This document shows, in pieces, positions 28,666-38,544 of a stretch of DNA of 64,000 nucleotides. Each line of letters starts with the position of its first letter. The first letter of the stretch is position 1. Below the pieces are notes generated by a model. It searched no databases. It had not been told where the DNA came from and saw nothing but the letters and a program-made list of their open reading frames with translations. The DNA is from Candidatus Poribacteria bacterium (GTDB lineage: Bacteria; Poribacteria; WGA-4E; PCPOR2b). Both the position numbers and the translations under genes were made by a program. The stretch spans positions 4,256,001-4,320,000 of the forward strand of contig OZ220744.1 of the NCBI GenBank assembly GCA_965116925.1. The letters are read 5' to 3'.

Positions 28666-28935
28666 ATGCCTGAGATTTGTCGATTTTTCGGTATCATAAT
28701 ACGGATGTATGTGGAGCCTCGAGCTCCTCATCATCGCCCTCATTTTCATGCTTATTACCAAGAGAACGTTGGTGTATATGCCGTTGATACGATTGAATTA
28801 ATCGCTGGTCAATTACCCAGACGGCAGCACCGTTTGGTAGAGGCTTGGGCAGAGTTGCATCAGAGAGAATTGCTGGCAGATTGGGAACGATTACAATCGG
28901 GCCAAATGCCATTCAAAATCGATCCGCTTCGATAA
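28666..28935 (+). CDS. DUF4160 family protein (toxin-like)
   Basis: MPEICRFFGIII.MY...H..PHFHA.Y...LVEAWAELHQ.EL...W. Confidence 0.85.
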   Translation: MPEICRFFGIIIRMYVEPRAPHHRPHFHAYYQENVGVYAVDTIELIAGQLPRRQHRLVEAWAELHQRELLADWERLQSGQMPFKIDPLR

Positions 28936-28946
28936 AGGAGGGCGGC

Positions 28947-29249
28947 ATGAGTCATCCAATATATCGCGTCGTTTTTTTTGAAATACAGGCACCTTACACA
29001 CTTCGAGTCTGTTTTGATGACAATACGGAACAGATTATAGACTTCCAAGACACATTAGAAGGAGAATTGTTCGGGCCACTTCGCGATGGTTCCTTGTTCA
29101 ATCAGGTTCAGATTGATCCAGAAGTCCATACGTTGGTATGGCCGAATGGGGCTGATTTTGATCCAGCGACCTTACATGATTGGCATGAGCATTTGCCGGA
29201 ACTTAAGAGAATGGCGAAGTGCTGGTCTCTTGCAAAAACGGCAGGATAA
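28947..29249 (+). CDS. DUF2442 family protein (partner of DUF4160)
   Basis: YTL...FDD...GELF.PL...FNQV......TLVWPNGADFDP; AAGGAGG RBS. Confidence 0.85.
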   Translation: MSHPIYRVVFFEIQAPYTLRVCFDDNTEQIIDFQDTLEGELFGPLRDGSLFNQVQIDPEVHTLVWPNGADFDPATLHDWHEHLPELKRMAKCWSLAKTAG

Positions 29250-29263
29250 CATATTAACTACCA

Positions 29264-30031
29264 ATGCCATTGCAGCGTTTTTCACTATCGTATGTTATGA
29301 AAATGCAAGAACAGGAAAAATTAGCGGTGAAAGAAATGAAGCCCGATACCCGCACCTCTGTGAGTGATGGGATTGTAGAGCAGATGGTTGACCTTATTTC
29401 CCGGGACGTGCTGAAACCCGGGGACCGGTTGCCTTCTGAGCGGGAATTGTGTAAGCGGTTGGGGGTGGGGCGGAGTTCTTTGAGAGAGGCGTTGCGTTCC
29501 CTTGCCGTCATGGGGATTATAGACGGACGGGTTGGAGATGGCACCTTTGTTTCTAACAGCAATAAGCGGTATCTGGAGAAAACGTTACAGTGGGGGTTGC
29601 TGCTTGACCGTAAAAGGGTTCAAGACCTTATCGAAACTAGGCTTATGTTAGAATCTCAGACAGCGTTTCTGGCTGCACAGCGCGTCACACCTGAGAATAT
29701 TGAGGCGATCGAGGAGACCTTGCGGGGGATGGAAGCGTCGATCGGACAGCCTGAGAAATACTTGGAGTTCGATTTACAGTTTCACCTGACCATCGCACGC
29801 GCAACACAAAATTCGATACTCTACAGCCTTCTGAGCATGATACGGGGTTATCTGCAAGAGTGGATTAAGGGAAGTCTCGCTGAGCCGTCAACAGGTGAGG
29901 AGACGCGGGCAGAATTGTCGTTACTGGAACACCGGAAAATCCTTGATGCCCTGAGAAAGGGAGAGGCGGATCAGGCGCAGCAGGCGATGACGGAACACAT
30001 TCTCTCCAGTAGCGTAGATCTTCAGAGGTGA
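29264..30031 (+). CDS. GntR/FadR-family transcriptional regulator
   Basis: PGDRLPSERELC..LGVGRSSLREAL, FCD domain FH..IA.A..N; start may be 29303 or 29336. Confidence 0.92.
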   Translation: MPLQRFSLSYVMKMQEQEKLAVKEMKPDTRTSVSDGIVEQMVDLISRDVLKPGDRLPSERELCKRLGVGRSSLREALRSLAVMGIIDGRVGDGTFVSNSNKRYLEKTLQWGLLLDRKRVQDLIETRLMLESQTAFLAAQRVTPENIEAIEETLRGMEASIGQPEKYLEFDLQFHLTIARATQNSILYSLLSMIRGYLQEWIKGSLAEPSTGEETRAELSLLEHRKILDALRKGEADQAQQAMTEHILSSSVDLQR

Positions 30032-30062
30032 TAAGAGTCTTATCTTCGATAGGTGTTGAAAT

Positions 30063-30593
30063 ATGAGACGAATCCGCTATAGCGTTGCCATAAGTTTGGA
30101 CGGCTACATCGCTGGTTTCGGCGACGAGTTTGATTGGATTGTTATGGATCCTGATATCGACTTCGCCGGGCTGTCCGAGCAGTTCGATACCTATCTGCTC
30201 GGCCGGCGGACGTTCGAGGTCACACGCAGCCACGGACAGGCGGCGATACCCGGCACACGAACGTTCGTGTTCTCGCAAACGTTACGGCAGAGCGACTACG
30301 ACGATGTCACGATCGTCGGTGAGAACTGGAGACAGGTGGTGCAGTCGCTCCGTGAGGAAGCGGGAAAGGACATCTGGTTGTTCGGTGGAGGTGCCCTATT
30401 TCGCAGCTTAGCCGAAGAAGGATTCGTCGATACGGTGGAGGTTGCTATCATCCCAATCGTACTCGGCGGGGGTATTCCGCTCATTGCCGAACCGTCCACG
30501 CGAATCACGTTGACGTTGAAGGAGCACACGGTGTATAAGAAGACCGGTATCGTCTGGCTAGTGTACACCGTGAACGATACTAGGGCATGTTGA
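30063..30593 (+). CDS. Dihydrofolate reductase-like (RibD C-terminal) protein
   Basis: AISLDGYIA, LGRRTF, GKDIWLFGGG, P.VLGGGIPL. Confidence 0.88.
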   Translation: MRRIRYSVAISLDGYIAGFGDEFDWIVMDPDIDFAGLSEQFDTYLLGRRTFEVTRSHGQAAIPGTRTFVFSQTLRQSDYDDVTIVGENWRQVVQSLREEAGKDIWLFGGGALFRSLAEEGFVDTVEVAIIPIVLGGGIPLIAEPSTRITLTLKEHTVYKKTGIVWLVYTVNDTRAC

Positions 30594-30647
30594 CATTTTG
30601 ATACTGCTCATTCGGCAAACGCTGTAATCATCAGGCAATCTGCCATA

Positions 30648-30824
30648 AGTAGCGCGAACTGTTAGCAGGCTGGGATCACAATCTAACAGATCGTGGTACA
30701 AAAGCAGATAAGGTTGTCAAACAACAATAATGAGAACAAAGATCACAATCTAACAGATCGTGGTACAAAAGTCCGAAATCGTCTCTGACGTGCGAACAAA
30801 GGGTTGGCAGACCCAATCCCTACG
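30648..30824. repeat. Cluster of REP-like hairpins, including two 31-bp copies gatcacaatctaacagatcgtggtacaaaag
   Basis: Copies at 30674-30704 and 30741-30771, third at about 37358; further REP gggttggcagacccaatccctac. Confidence 0.75.
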
Positions 30825-30911
30825 AAGGATTATGCGTTTGTGCTCCTTCTTGATGGTTTGGTTGCGATGAAATGTCAACAGAACCTAGTCAAGTGTGAGC
30901 ACATCAAGTTG

Positions 30912-31625
30912 TCAATCCGTCGTCCGCCGGAAGTAATCCTCAAGCCCACCCATTGGCGTGAATCCCAATATCCGTTTTGCCTTCTCGACTTGGTATTTTC
31001 CCTGTGCGAAATAGCTGAGTAGGTTGAAGGACTGGAAGTTGCCGGGAACAGATTCAATCTCTAATGCCAAGCGACAGGCGTGTTGCAGGTCTTCCCACAC
31101 CACTGTGAAGGGTGGAAAATCGCCTTGGACAGCTTCCGTTGGCTTCGCGCCGAGACCGTTAAAGAGAAAACAGACGGTTTGGATGTCGTATGTCCGGGAG
31201 AAAATCTCGCATATCTCCATGCTGAGGTACTTGGTAATCCCGTAATAGCCGACACCCGGTGCTCGTGGCACATCGTCAAGGTCAAATTCGGGATCGTATG
31301 CGTGACGAATTGATTGGGGACCGGTGTGAACCACCTTCTTAATGCCAAGTTCGGCGGCGGCTTTCATCACGTGATATGCACCCTTCGTGCTCACCTCAAA
31401 ACTGATTACGGGATCATCGCGGAGGACAGCGAAGTTCATGATGGCGTCTATCCCACGGCATACCTCCAATACATCTGGATATGAAGTTATATCAACATTG
31501 ATAATCGGTTTCCCATCTGGATGCGGCACAATATCCGAGAGATACAGATCGTAATCCTTTTCCAAGTCTGGCGTGACGTAAGGGGCGATATTGCCAGACG
31601 CGCCCAAGACAAGCACTTTTTTCAT
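30912..31625 (-). CDS. NAD(P)-dependent epimerase/dehydratase (extended SDR, uronate dehydrogenase-like)
   Basis: VLVLGASGNIA, YGITK (YxxxK). Confidence 0.8.
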   Translation of the reverse strand: MKKVLVLGASGNIAPYVTPDLEKDYDLYLSDIVPHPDGKPIINVDITSYPDVLEVCRGIDAIMNFAVLRDDPVISFEVSTKGAYHVMKAAAELGIKKVVHTGPQSIRHAYDPEFDLDDVPRAPGVGYYGITKYLSMEICEIFSRTYDIQTVCFLFNGLGAKPTEAVQGDFPPFTVVWEDLQHACRLALEIESVPGNFQSFNLLSYFAQGKYQVEKAKRILGFTPMGGLEDYFRRTTD

Positions 31626-31767
31626 AACTGAATTCTCCTATCCGTGAAACGTGAAACGTAAAACGTGATTGCGTAGAGACCCTTCCAACCTTCCTTTGCT
31701 TCCATTCTTCCCTTTCTTCACTCGTAGCAACAAGGTCCAAACGGGTCATCTTTTTTTAACTTTTACG

Positions 31768-32529
31768 CTACGCAGATGAGTCGGTTGTCTTCAGGTAGAG
31801 GCTCTGAAAATCGTGAGTGGGTTGATACCCGATCCCCCGTGCTTGGTCGATCAGAAATTTAGGGTTGGGGATATCCGCACAGATATGATAGACCGCCCAC
31901 CGCTGTGCCCACCATGCGCTGTTGCTACTGTCCCGATTCAAGACGCAGCGGAACGCACCCGCGGCATCCCGGATATCGAGCCATGCAAGGTTTGGCGTTT
32001 CCCCCTGAACCGCTTCCTCAAACACTAACTCTCCCAACCGCAGCCCTGTTACCGTGACGAGGTGTTCCCGCGCAAACTCGCGAACGGTCAACTCACCCAA
32101 ATACTTTGTCATTTCCACAATTTCCGGCGACGGGAGAGGTTTCCAGAGTTCGGTGATATACACATCGTCGGGGTAGTTGTTGAAAATAGATAGAGTGCTC
32201 GCATAGATAAATCTCTTTATCCCCGCTTCAACCGCTGCGCTGAAGAGGACATGTGTGCCTCGTGTCGCCAAGTCTAGCAGCATCTGCTCACGCTTTAATT
32301 CATCAGATGGCAGATCGGTCGGTGGTTCGCCGGTATGAATCAGGGTATCAATCCCCCGAACCGCTTCCCACGAATCATCGGGATCCAAGATGTTTCCCTG
32401 AATAAAATCGCAGCCTTCTGCTGCGTGAACCGGTACACTGTCCATGAGGCGTACACTGTGGTCAGCCTTCAGTTCAGTCGCTATCGCCTGTGACAGTTGA
32501 CTGGATGCACCGGTAATGAGAATATTCAT
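31768..32529 (-). CDS. Atypical SDR / NAD-dependent epimerase-like protein
   Basis: ILITGASSQL, FIYAST, TKYLGE; catalytic Tyr appears absent. Confidence 0.7.
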   Translation of the reverse strand: MNILITGASSQLSQAIATELKADHSVRLMDSVPVHAAEGCDFIQGNILDPDDSWEAVRGIDTLIHTGEPPTDLPSDELKREQMLLDLATRGTHVLFSAAVEAGIKRFIYASTLSIFNNYPDDVYITELWKPLPSPEIVEMTKYLGELTVREFAREHLVTVTGLRLGELVFEEAVQGETPNLAWLDIRDAAGAFRCVLNRDSSNSAWWAQRWAVYHICADIPNPKFLIDQARGIGYQPTHDFQSLYLKTTDSSA

Positions 32530-32716
32530 TGAGTTACCTCCTTCGCATTTTCGTTCATCATATCAGACAACCCCGAACCTGTCAATTTTTTTCCTTTCTT
32601 CCGCCGAAAGATGATATAATATTCTGAGTTATCATCCTGATAAACAGAGTAGTGCTTGGTAAACGTAGGGAATGCAGATTTGCGTTCCCTACGGAGATAT
32701 TAGAAAGGATAACTTC

Positions 32717-35047
32717 TTGCAAAACAGTCAGTATCGCCAAATCCAGAAAGTTGCTGTGGTTGGAGCGGGGACAATGGGATCTCAGATCGCTGCCCATATT
32801 GCCAACGTTGGTATTCCGTGCGATCTGCTGGATATTCCGCCCACTGAGCTCACCGCTGAGGAACGTGCCAATCACTTGACACTCGACAGTCCCGCTGTGC
32901 GGAATCGGATCGCACAATCGGCGTTGGATCGGATGAAAAGCGCGAAAACCCGCTCGCCGTTTTACGTCCCCGACGCCGCGGAGTTGATTCGGATTGGCAA
33001 CTTTCACGATCACGCCGAATGGCTGGCAGAGGCAGACTGGATTATAGAGGCGGTGGTCGAAAACCTTGATGTCAAGAAGCAGGTGCATGGGCGGATTGAC
33101 CGGCATCGCAGGCGCGGGGCACTTGTGAGTTCTAACACCTCCGGGATTTCGATTCGTGCAATCGCTGAAGGGCTCTCGGACGATTACCGGGAATGCTTTC
33201 TCGGGGCACATTTCTTCAATCCGCCGCGCTATATGTACCTAATCGAACTCATTCCGATGGACGCAACCCGCTCGGATATAGTCGAATTTATCTCCGATTT
33301 TGCGGAACACACGCTTGGTAAAGGGGTTGTCCGTTGTAAAGATACGCCGAACTTTATCGCCAACCGGATCGGTATTTTCTCAGTCCTGCACACCATCCAC
33401 CTGATGCTTGAAGAAGGATATACGATTGACGAGGTGGATGCGATTACGGGTCCACCGATGGGGCATCCTCGGAGTGCGACTTTCCGTTTGGGAGACATCA
33501 TTGGGCTTGATGTGCTCGTGGATGTGGCGAACAATGTCTACGAGAATGCACCTGACGATGAGCAGCGCGAGGTTTTTCGGGTTCCCGATTTTATCTTACA
33601 GATGGTTGAAAAGGGCTGGCTCGGCGAGAAAACGGGCGGCGGCTTCTATGAGAGGCGTCGCGGTGGAAACGGCGGTGAGATCTGGACGTTAGACTATAAT
33701 ACACTCGAATATGTGCCTCGTTCGGAGGTCCGGTTCGATTCGATCGGTGAGGTCAGACGAATTACAGACGCAGGGGAGCGACTGAAGCGACTGATTGACA
33801 GCGATGACCGTGCGGGCCGGTTTGCGTGGAAATGCCTCAGCCATACGATGCGCTACGCAGCGGCGCGCATCCCCGAAATCGCGGACGATATAGAGAGTAT
33901 TGACAATGTGATGAAGTGGGGGGGCAATTGGGAGCTTGGGATTTTTGAGGCGTGGGACGCAATCGGTGTATCGGAATCCGTTGAACGGATGAAATCAGAA
34001 AGCCATACGATTCCGCCGCTTGTTGCAAATCTGATAGATTCAGGGCGTACCTCGTTTTACAAAACATCGTCCAACAGCCAGCCCGTGAAATCCAATGCGG
34101 ACGCGAGCCTCATTGACATGGGCGATGGGGTCCTATGTCTTGAGTTTCACAGCAAGATGAACACGATTGATAACCCAAGCATTGAGATGATGTTTGAGGC
34201 ACTTGATGAGGTAGCGCGCAATTTTGAAGGACTCGTCATCGGGAATCACGCGGACAACTTCTCCGTCGGTGCGAACCTTGCCTTGATGCTTGAGCGGGCT
34301 CGAAACAAAGATTGGGATGCGCTTGAGGCGATGATCTCCGCCTACCAAAGGGCGAACATGAGATTCAGACTTTCCCCCAAGCCGGTAGTCGCTGCGCCCA
34401 CAGGTATGGCTTTGGGCGGGGGATGCGAAATTGCATTCGGGGCAGACCGCATCTGTGCTGCTGCCGAAACTTACATCGGTCTGGTTGAGGTGGGTGTTGG
34501 GCTTATCCCGGCTGCAGGCGGTGTAAAGGAGATGGCGATCCGCTGCCTAGAAGGCGTCCCGTTAGATGCGGACGCTGAACTGTTTCCGCACTTTAAGCGT
34601 GCCTTTGAAACTATCGCCTATGCCAAAGTATCTGAGAGTGCTGCGGGCGCGAAGCGGCTCGGCTATCTCCGTGAGACGGATGCTGTTTCAATCAATCGGG
34701 CGCATCACCTTCATGATGCCAAGCAGCTGGTACTAGCGATGGCAGCGGAGGGGTATCAGCAGCCTCAACCGAGGGGGGTATTTGTGCTAGGAGAAACGGG
34801 GCTTGACCGCTTGAGAGCGGAGATCGATCTCGCGCAACGCGCCGGGCAGCTCAGTGATCACGATGTGAAGATCTTGAATCAGCTTGCGTTAGTTCTTTGT
34901 GGTGGGGAGATTTCTACACCACAATCTGTATCCGAGGACTATCTCCTTGAGTTGGAGCGCGAGGCGTTTCTTAGACTCTGTGGTGAGGAGAAAACACATC
35001 AGCGGATCGAGTACACCCTCAAGACGGGGAAGCCGTTGAAGAACTAA
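32717..35047 (+). CDS. 3-hydroxyacyl-CoA dehydrogenase / enoyl-CoA hydratase (FadN-like)
   Basis: VVGAGTMG, EAVVENL, SNTSG, HFFNPPRY, FIANRIG; crotonase NFSVGANL, GGGCE; TTG start at 32717 after AAGGA. Confidence 0.92.
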   Translation: MQNSQYRQIQKVAVVGAGTMGSQIAAHIANVGIPCDLLDIPPTELTAEERANHLTLDSPAVRNRIAQSALDRMKSAKTRSPFYVPDAAELIRIGNFHDHAEWLAEADWIIEAVVENLDVKKQVHGRIDRHRRRGALVSSNTSGISIRAIAEGLSDDYRECFLGAHFFNPPRYMYLIELIPMDATRSDIVEFISDFAEHTLGKGVVRCKDTPNFIANRIGIFSVLHTIHLMLEEGYTIDEVDAITGPPMGHPRSATFRLGDIIGLDVLVDVANNVYENAPDDEQREVFRVPDFILQMVEKGWLGEKTGGGFYERRRGGNGGEIWTLDYNTLEYVPRSEVRFDSIGEVRRITDAGERLKRLIDSDDRAGRFAWKCLSHTMRYAAARIPEIADDIESIDNVMKWGGNWELGIFEAWDAIGVSESVERMKSESHTIPPLVANLIDSGRTSFYKTSSNSQPVKSNADASLIDMGDGVLCLEFHSKMNTIDNPSIEMMFEALDEVARNFEGLVIGNHADNFSVGANLALMLERARNKDWDALEAMISAYQRANMRFRLSPKPVVAAPTGMALGGGCEIAFGADRICAAAETYIGLVEVGVGLIPAAGGVKEMAIRCLEGVPLDADAELFPHFKRAFETIAYAKVSESAAGAKRLGYLRETDAVSINRAHHLHDAKQLVLAMAAEGYQQPQPRGVFVLGETGLDRLRAEIDLAQRAGQLSDHDVKILNQLALVLCGGEISTPQSVSEDYLLELEREAFLRLCGEEKTHQRIEYTLKTGKPLKN

Positions 35048-35097
35048 GTTGTAGTGAACGCAGATCTGCGTTCACTACGAACTCAGGTGATTATTTT

Positions 35098-35940
35098 ATG
35101 GAATTTGGTGAGTTTGAACTTTTTGTGGTAAGCGATGGCACATTCCGACTGGACGGGGGTGCCATGTTCGGCACGATACCGAAGGTGCTATGGGAACGCA
35201 CCCATCCTGCTGATGATCGCAACCGAATCCTCATGGGGCTAAATTGCCTGTTGATTCGGACGCCCACGGAGAACATTTTGGTGGATACCGGCCTCGGCGA
35301 TGCCTACGATGAAAAATTTGCTTTTCTGTACGGTGTTGACAAATCCGAGACGGATTTGCTGAGAAGTCTCGCAGCGGTGGGGGTACAGGCGGCGGATATC
35401 AATAAAGTTATTTTGACGCACCTGCATTTCGATCATGCCGGCGGGAATTGCTTTCAGGAAGAAGCCGGAGAATTTAGACCCACATTCCCGAACGCTGTCT
35501 ACTACATCAACGAGGGGGAGCTGGCGTATGCAAAAGATCCTGACCCACGCAGTAGCCCCAGCTATCTCCCATACACTTGGGAGCCGCTTGAAAAGCGGGG
35601 ACAGGTTGCGCCTATCTCCGGGGAGGTAGAGGTTGCCCCCGGCGTGGCGATACTGTCTGCACCGGGACATACACCCAACCATCAGATTGTTACGGTGAAA
35701 TCAGGGGGATTGACCGCGTGTTTTCTGGCGGACTTGGTCCCGACACCTTCGCACTTGAAAACACATTACGTAATGGGATTTGATCTTGACGCTTTGACTG
35801 CGATGAAAAACAAGGAACGGGTATTGAAACAGGCGCAGGCGGAAAATTGGCTACTCGTTTTTGAACATTCGCCGGGGGTCAAAGCGGGTTACTTGACTGA
35901 GGACCTTCAGGTTGAGCCCGTTGAACTCGCTTCCCTGTGA
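35098..35940 (+). CDS. MBL-fold metallo-hydrolase (YtnP-like)
   Basis: DGGAMFG..PK.LW, THLHFDHAGG, GHT..HQ, ADL.P, MGFD. Confidence 0.9.
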   Translation: MEFGEFELFVVSDGTFRLDGGAMFGTIPKVLWERTHPADDRNRILMGLNCLLIRTPTENILVDTGLGDAYDEKFAFLYGVDKSETDLLRSLAAVGVQAADINKVILTHLHFDHAGGNCFQEEAGEFRPTFPNAVYYINEGELAYAKDPDPRSSPSYLPYTWEPLEKRGQVAPISGEVEVAPGVAILSAPGHTPNHQIVTVKSGGLTACFLADLVPTPSHLKTHYVMGFDLDALTAMKNKERVLKQAQAENWLLVFEHSPGVKAGYLTEDLQVEPVELASL

Positions 35941-36167
35941 GGATAGATGTGATATTTTTTGTTAATATCGTTCCAGTGGTGTAGGTTGGGTTGAACGGTT
36001 AAATGTGAATCTATGTCAAGGACAATAGTGGTGCTGCTTTTCAACAATAGTCCTTGATAGATAGGTATAGTGAAACCCAACACTCAATCCAACCAACAAT
36101 CAAGCGTTGGGTTTCACTATATTTGGGAGATTTCAAGCGGAATCAAGCCTCGCAATTCAAATGTAAT

Positions 36168-36322
36168 TAGGAGTTACGCACTTCGCTGGCAAACATCGCA
36201 CACCCCGTACAGGTTAGGCAACCTGTACCCACTATTACAGACTGGGAACCCCCAATTTCTTCAAGAGCAGGTGACGCGCCACGAAGGCAGCGGCGATATT
36301 TATATCAACTGCGTAAGTCCTA
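36168..36322. mobile_element. MITE with taggagttacgca/tgcgtaagtccta terminal inverted repeats
   Basis: 13-bp imperfect TIRs flanked by tgtaat on both sides; similar ends at about 22283, 28381, 40054 and 41112. Confidence 0.65.
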
Positions 36323-36329
36323 TGTAATA

Positions 36330-37268
36330 ACCCAAGTTGCTACCTATAATTGAGTAGTTGGTTGGAGTTAAAGTTGATAGATACTGCTTGCTAATACAAA
36401 CAAGACCACTTTCAATTCAAATCCTTGTTGTGTTACGGCATGAATCGAACGAGGCAGCAATCGCTCAATTAAACTGCCAGCGGTCTCGACAGACTTACGA
36501 TGGCAAGCCGCCACATAGGTCTCCCACTGTGGATAAGGTCGCTTGGAATTCTGTTTGCGTGTCGGCTTGAGGTCCACTCCAATGGTTGCCAATATATCCT
36601 CTATCTCATAGTTATTGTATGCTTTATCCCCGTAGACACAACTGCCCGGTGGTAAGTCAAAATCAAAATACTGTAATCCCTCGACATCACTCATGCTTGC
36701 TGGCGTTAGAAAAAACTCAACAGGCTGTTGGCTCGCTGTCACTAACAGGTGAACTTTCAAGCCATAGAAGTACCGACGCTTGGACGCTTGATACCCACGA
36801 AATGCCTCATCGGTATACAGTTTTGACCGACTAATGCGGATATTGTCACAGACCGCAATAGGCAGTGTATCTATCGCATAAATCTGCTGTTGATTGAGTT
36901 TTACATAACTTTCGGCTAAGATTTTGAACAATGTGATGAACATCGGTTTAATCCGATGCAACCGTCGATTGAAACGACTTTTTGACAGCATATTGGGGAT
37001 ATAGCCATGAGTGTGTAGAAAGTCACAAGTCACTTGGAAGTTACCACCGAAAAACAACGCAGCGACGACTCCGGTGGTCATGACCTCGGCGTCAGTCATC
37101 TGCGCCTGTGGAGAGGTTTTTGAGTTAAGTGCTTCTAACAGCTTGTCACAGAGATAGAAAATGGTTACAATTTGTAGGTCCATGGGTTTCTCCTTTTGAG
37201 GGGGTATGGGTGAATCCCCTCAAGTTTAACGGAAAACCCATGGATTTTCAATAACTAGCAACTTGGGT
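36330..37268 (-). mobile_element. IS982-family insertion sequence
   Basis: TIRs acccaagttgcta/tagcaacttgggt; 9-bp target duplication tatgtaata at 36321-36329 and 37269-37277. Confidence 0.9.
36368..37183 (-). CDS. IS982-family DDE transposase
   Basis: MTDAEV, SRFNRR, IDT.PI.VC, YFYGLKVH, GDKAY, RK.VET. Confidence 0.9.
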   Translation of the reverse strand: MDLQIVTIFYLCDKLLEALNSKTSPQAQMTDAEVMTTGVVAALFFGGNFQVTCDFLHTHGYIPNMLSKSRFNRRLHRIKPMFITLFKILAESYVKLNQQQIYAIDTLPIAVCDNIRISRSKLYTDEAFRGYQASKRRYFYGLKVHLLVTASQQPVEFFLTPASMSDVEGLQYFDFDLPPGSCVYGDKAYNNYEIEDILATIGVDLKPTRKQNSKRPYPQWETYVAACHRKSVETAGSLIERLLPRSIHAVTQQGFELKVVLFVLASSIYQL

Positions 37269-37619
37269 TATGTAATATTCAGTATTTTTTTAGTTCCGTT
37301 CAACCCAACCTACTCTTAACTGCCAAATGTAGCGCGAACTGTTAGTTTGCACGCTAGGATCACAATCTAACAGATCGTGGTACAAAAGCGCACTTTCACG
37401 AAACAGTTTTTTGAACAGGAAGCGTCCCGATGAAAAACGGAGTTGGGTTTCACTCTATCTGTCTATAAACAGGTGTTGTTGGACGAGGGAGCCTCTATTA
37501 TCCTTAATAGGGATTGCCGTTTAACCGTTCAACCCAACCTACGGACTAGTAAATGTCAACAGAACCCAAGAGAAACCGAGTTTTGCCGAAAAAACTCGGT
37601 TTCTTTGGACGATTTCTTA

Positions 37620-38505
37620 GAGCCTGTTTTAAAATTCATTTGATATGGTTTTGCATCAAGTAAATGGAAGCAATATACACCATAGCTTCAGCAGTCTGAG
37701 CAGACCGTTCATAGTCCACAGTCAATCGGCGAAACCAAGCGAACCAAGAAAAGGTGCGCTCCACAATCCATCGCAATGGGACCCCTGTAAATCCTGATTG
37801 CTTAACAGATGGCGCAATGTCCAATCGACACTGATGCGCCATATATAACCAGTCACCTAATTCTCCACGATAACCAGCATCAGCACAGACTAATTGAATC
37901 GTTATGTGCCAATTAAAGACCTCTTTGAGTAACTCTATTGCGACTTGATTATCACTGACATTGGCATCGGTGACCTTGACTCCCAATGGGATGCCAATGG
38001 TATCGGTGACTATATGACGTTTACGCCCTTTGACTTTCTTATGTGCATCAAAGCCGCTACTATCTGCCAGTTCGGTCGTCTTGACCGATTGGCTGTCAAT
38101 GATAGCGACTGTCGGTGAAGGGGCTTTGCCAATATCACAACGGATTTGGTTATGAAGTGCTTGATGAATCAGAATCCATGTGCCATCAGTTTTCCATTTT
38201 CTGAAACGGGAATAGACCGTTTGCCATGGTGGCATCTGATGGGGGAGCATTCGCCATTGACAGCCGGATTTGACTACATAAAAAATAGCGTTGATAATTG
38301 CGCGCAACCCCCATTTGAGCGGTCTGCCTACCGGTGAAGGTTCTGGCAGATAGGGTAACAGGTTGTCCCACTGGGCATCGGTCAAATCTGTGGGATAGGT
38401 TGTTTGGGTCATGTTTAGCCCTTTCATTGGAATGGTATTTACAGCTCCAATGAATAAACGTAAACATGAACTCTTGAGTAGAATCGATCTTTTTAAAACA
38501 GGTTC
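37620..38505 (-). mobile_element. IS5-family insertion sequence (IS1031-like)
   Basis: TIRs gagcctgttttaaaa / ttttaaaacaggttc (14 of 15 match); TTA duplication at 37617-37619 and 38506-38508. Confidence 0.88.
37636..38412 (-). CDS. IS5-family transposase
   Basis: YPTDLTDAQW, GCQWR.LP...PPWQTVY, IDSQSVK, KGRKRH, ADAGY, RWIVERT.SW. Confidence 0.93.
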   Translation of the reverse strand: MTQTTYPTDLTDAQWDNLLPYLPEPSPVGRPLKWGLRAIINAIFYVVKSGCQWRMLPHQMPPWQTVYSRFRKWKTDGTWILIHQALHNQIRCDIGKAPSPTVAIIDSQSVKTTELADSSGFDAHKKVKGRKRHIVTDTIGIPLGVKVTDANVSDNQVAIELLKEVFNWHITIQLVCADAGYRGELGDWLYMAHQCRLDIAPSVKQSGFTGVPLRWIVERTFSWFAWFRRLTVDYERSAQTAEAMVYIASIYLMQNHIK

Positions 38506-38544
38506 TTAATATGAGTGACAGCCGAAAGGAAAAAAAACAGAAAA

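Larger units (their letters stand above)
35981..37313. repeat. Family A REP element interrupted by a MITE and IS982
   Basis: Left end gtaggttgggttgaacg at 35981, right end cgttcaacccaacctac ending at 37313. Confidence 0.7.

Noticed and set aside
30674..30771. CRISPR-like pair: two 31-bp repeats separated by 36 bp
   Set aside because: Only two units, no cas genes, and the same sequence occurs singly at about 37358 next to another REP; it behaves as a dispersed REP-type hairpin.
32672..32716. ORF-track start MQICVPYG for the FadN-like gene
   Set aside because: That ATG lies inside a REP palindrome (32665-32692); TTG 32717 has an RBS and fits the domain start.
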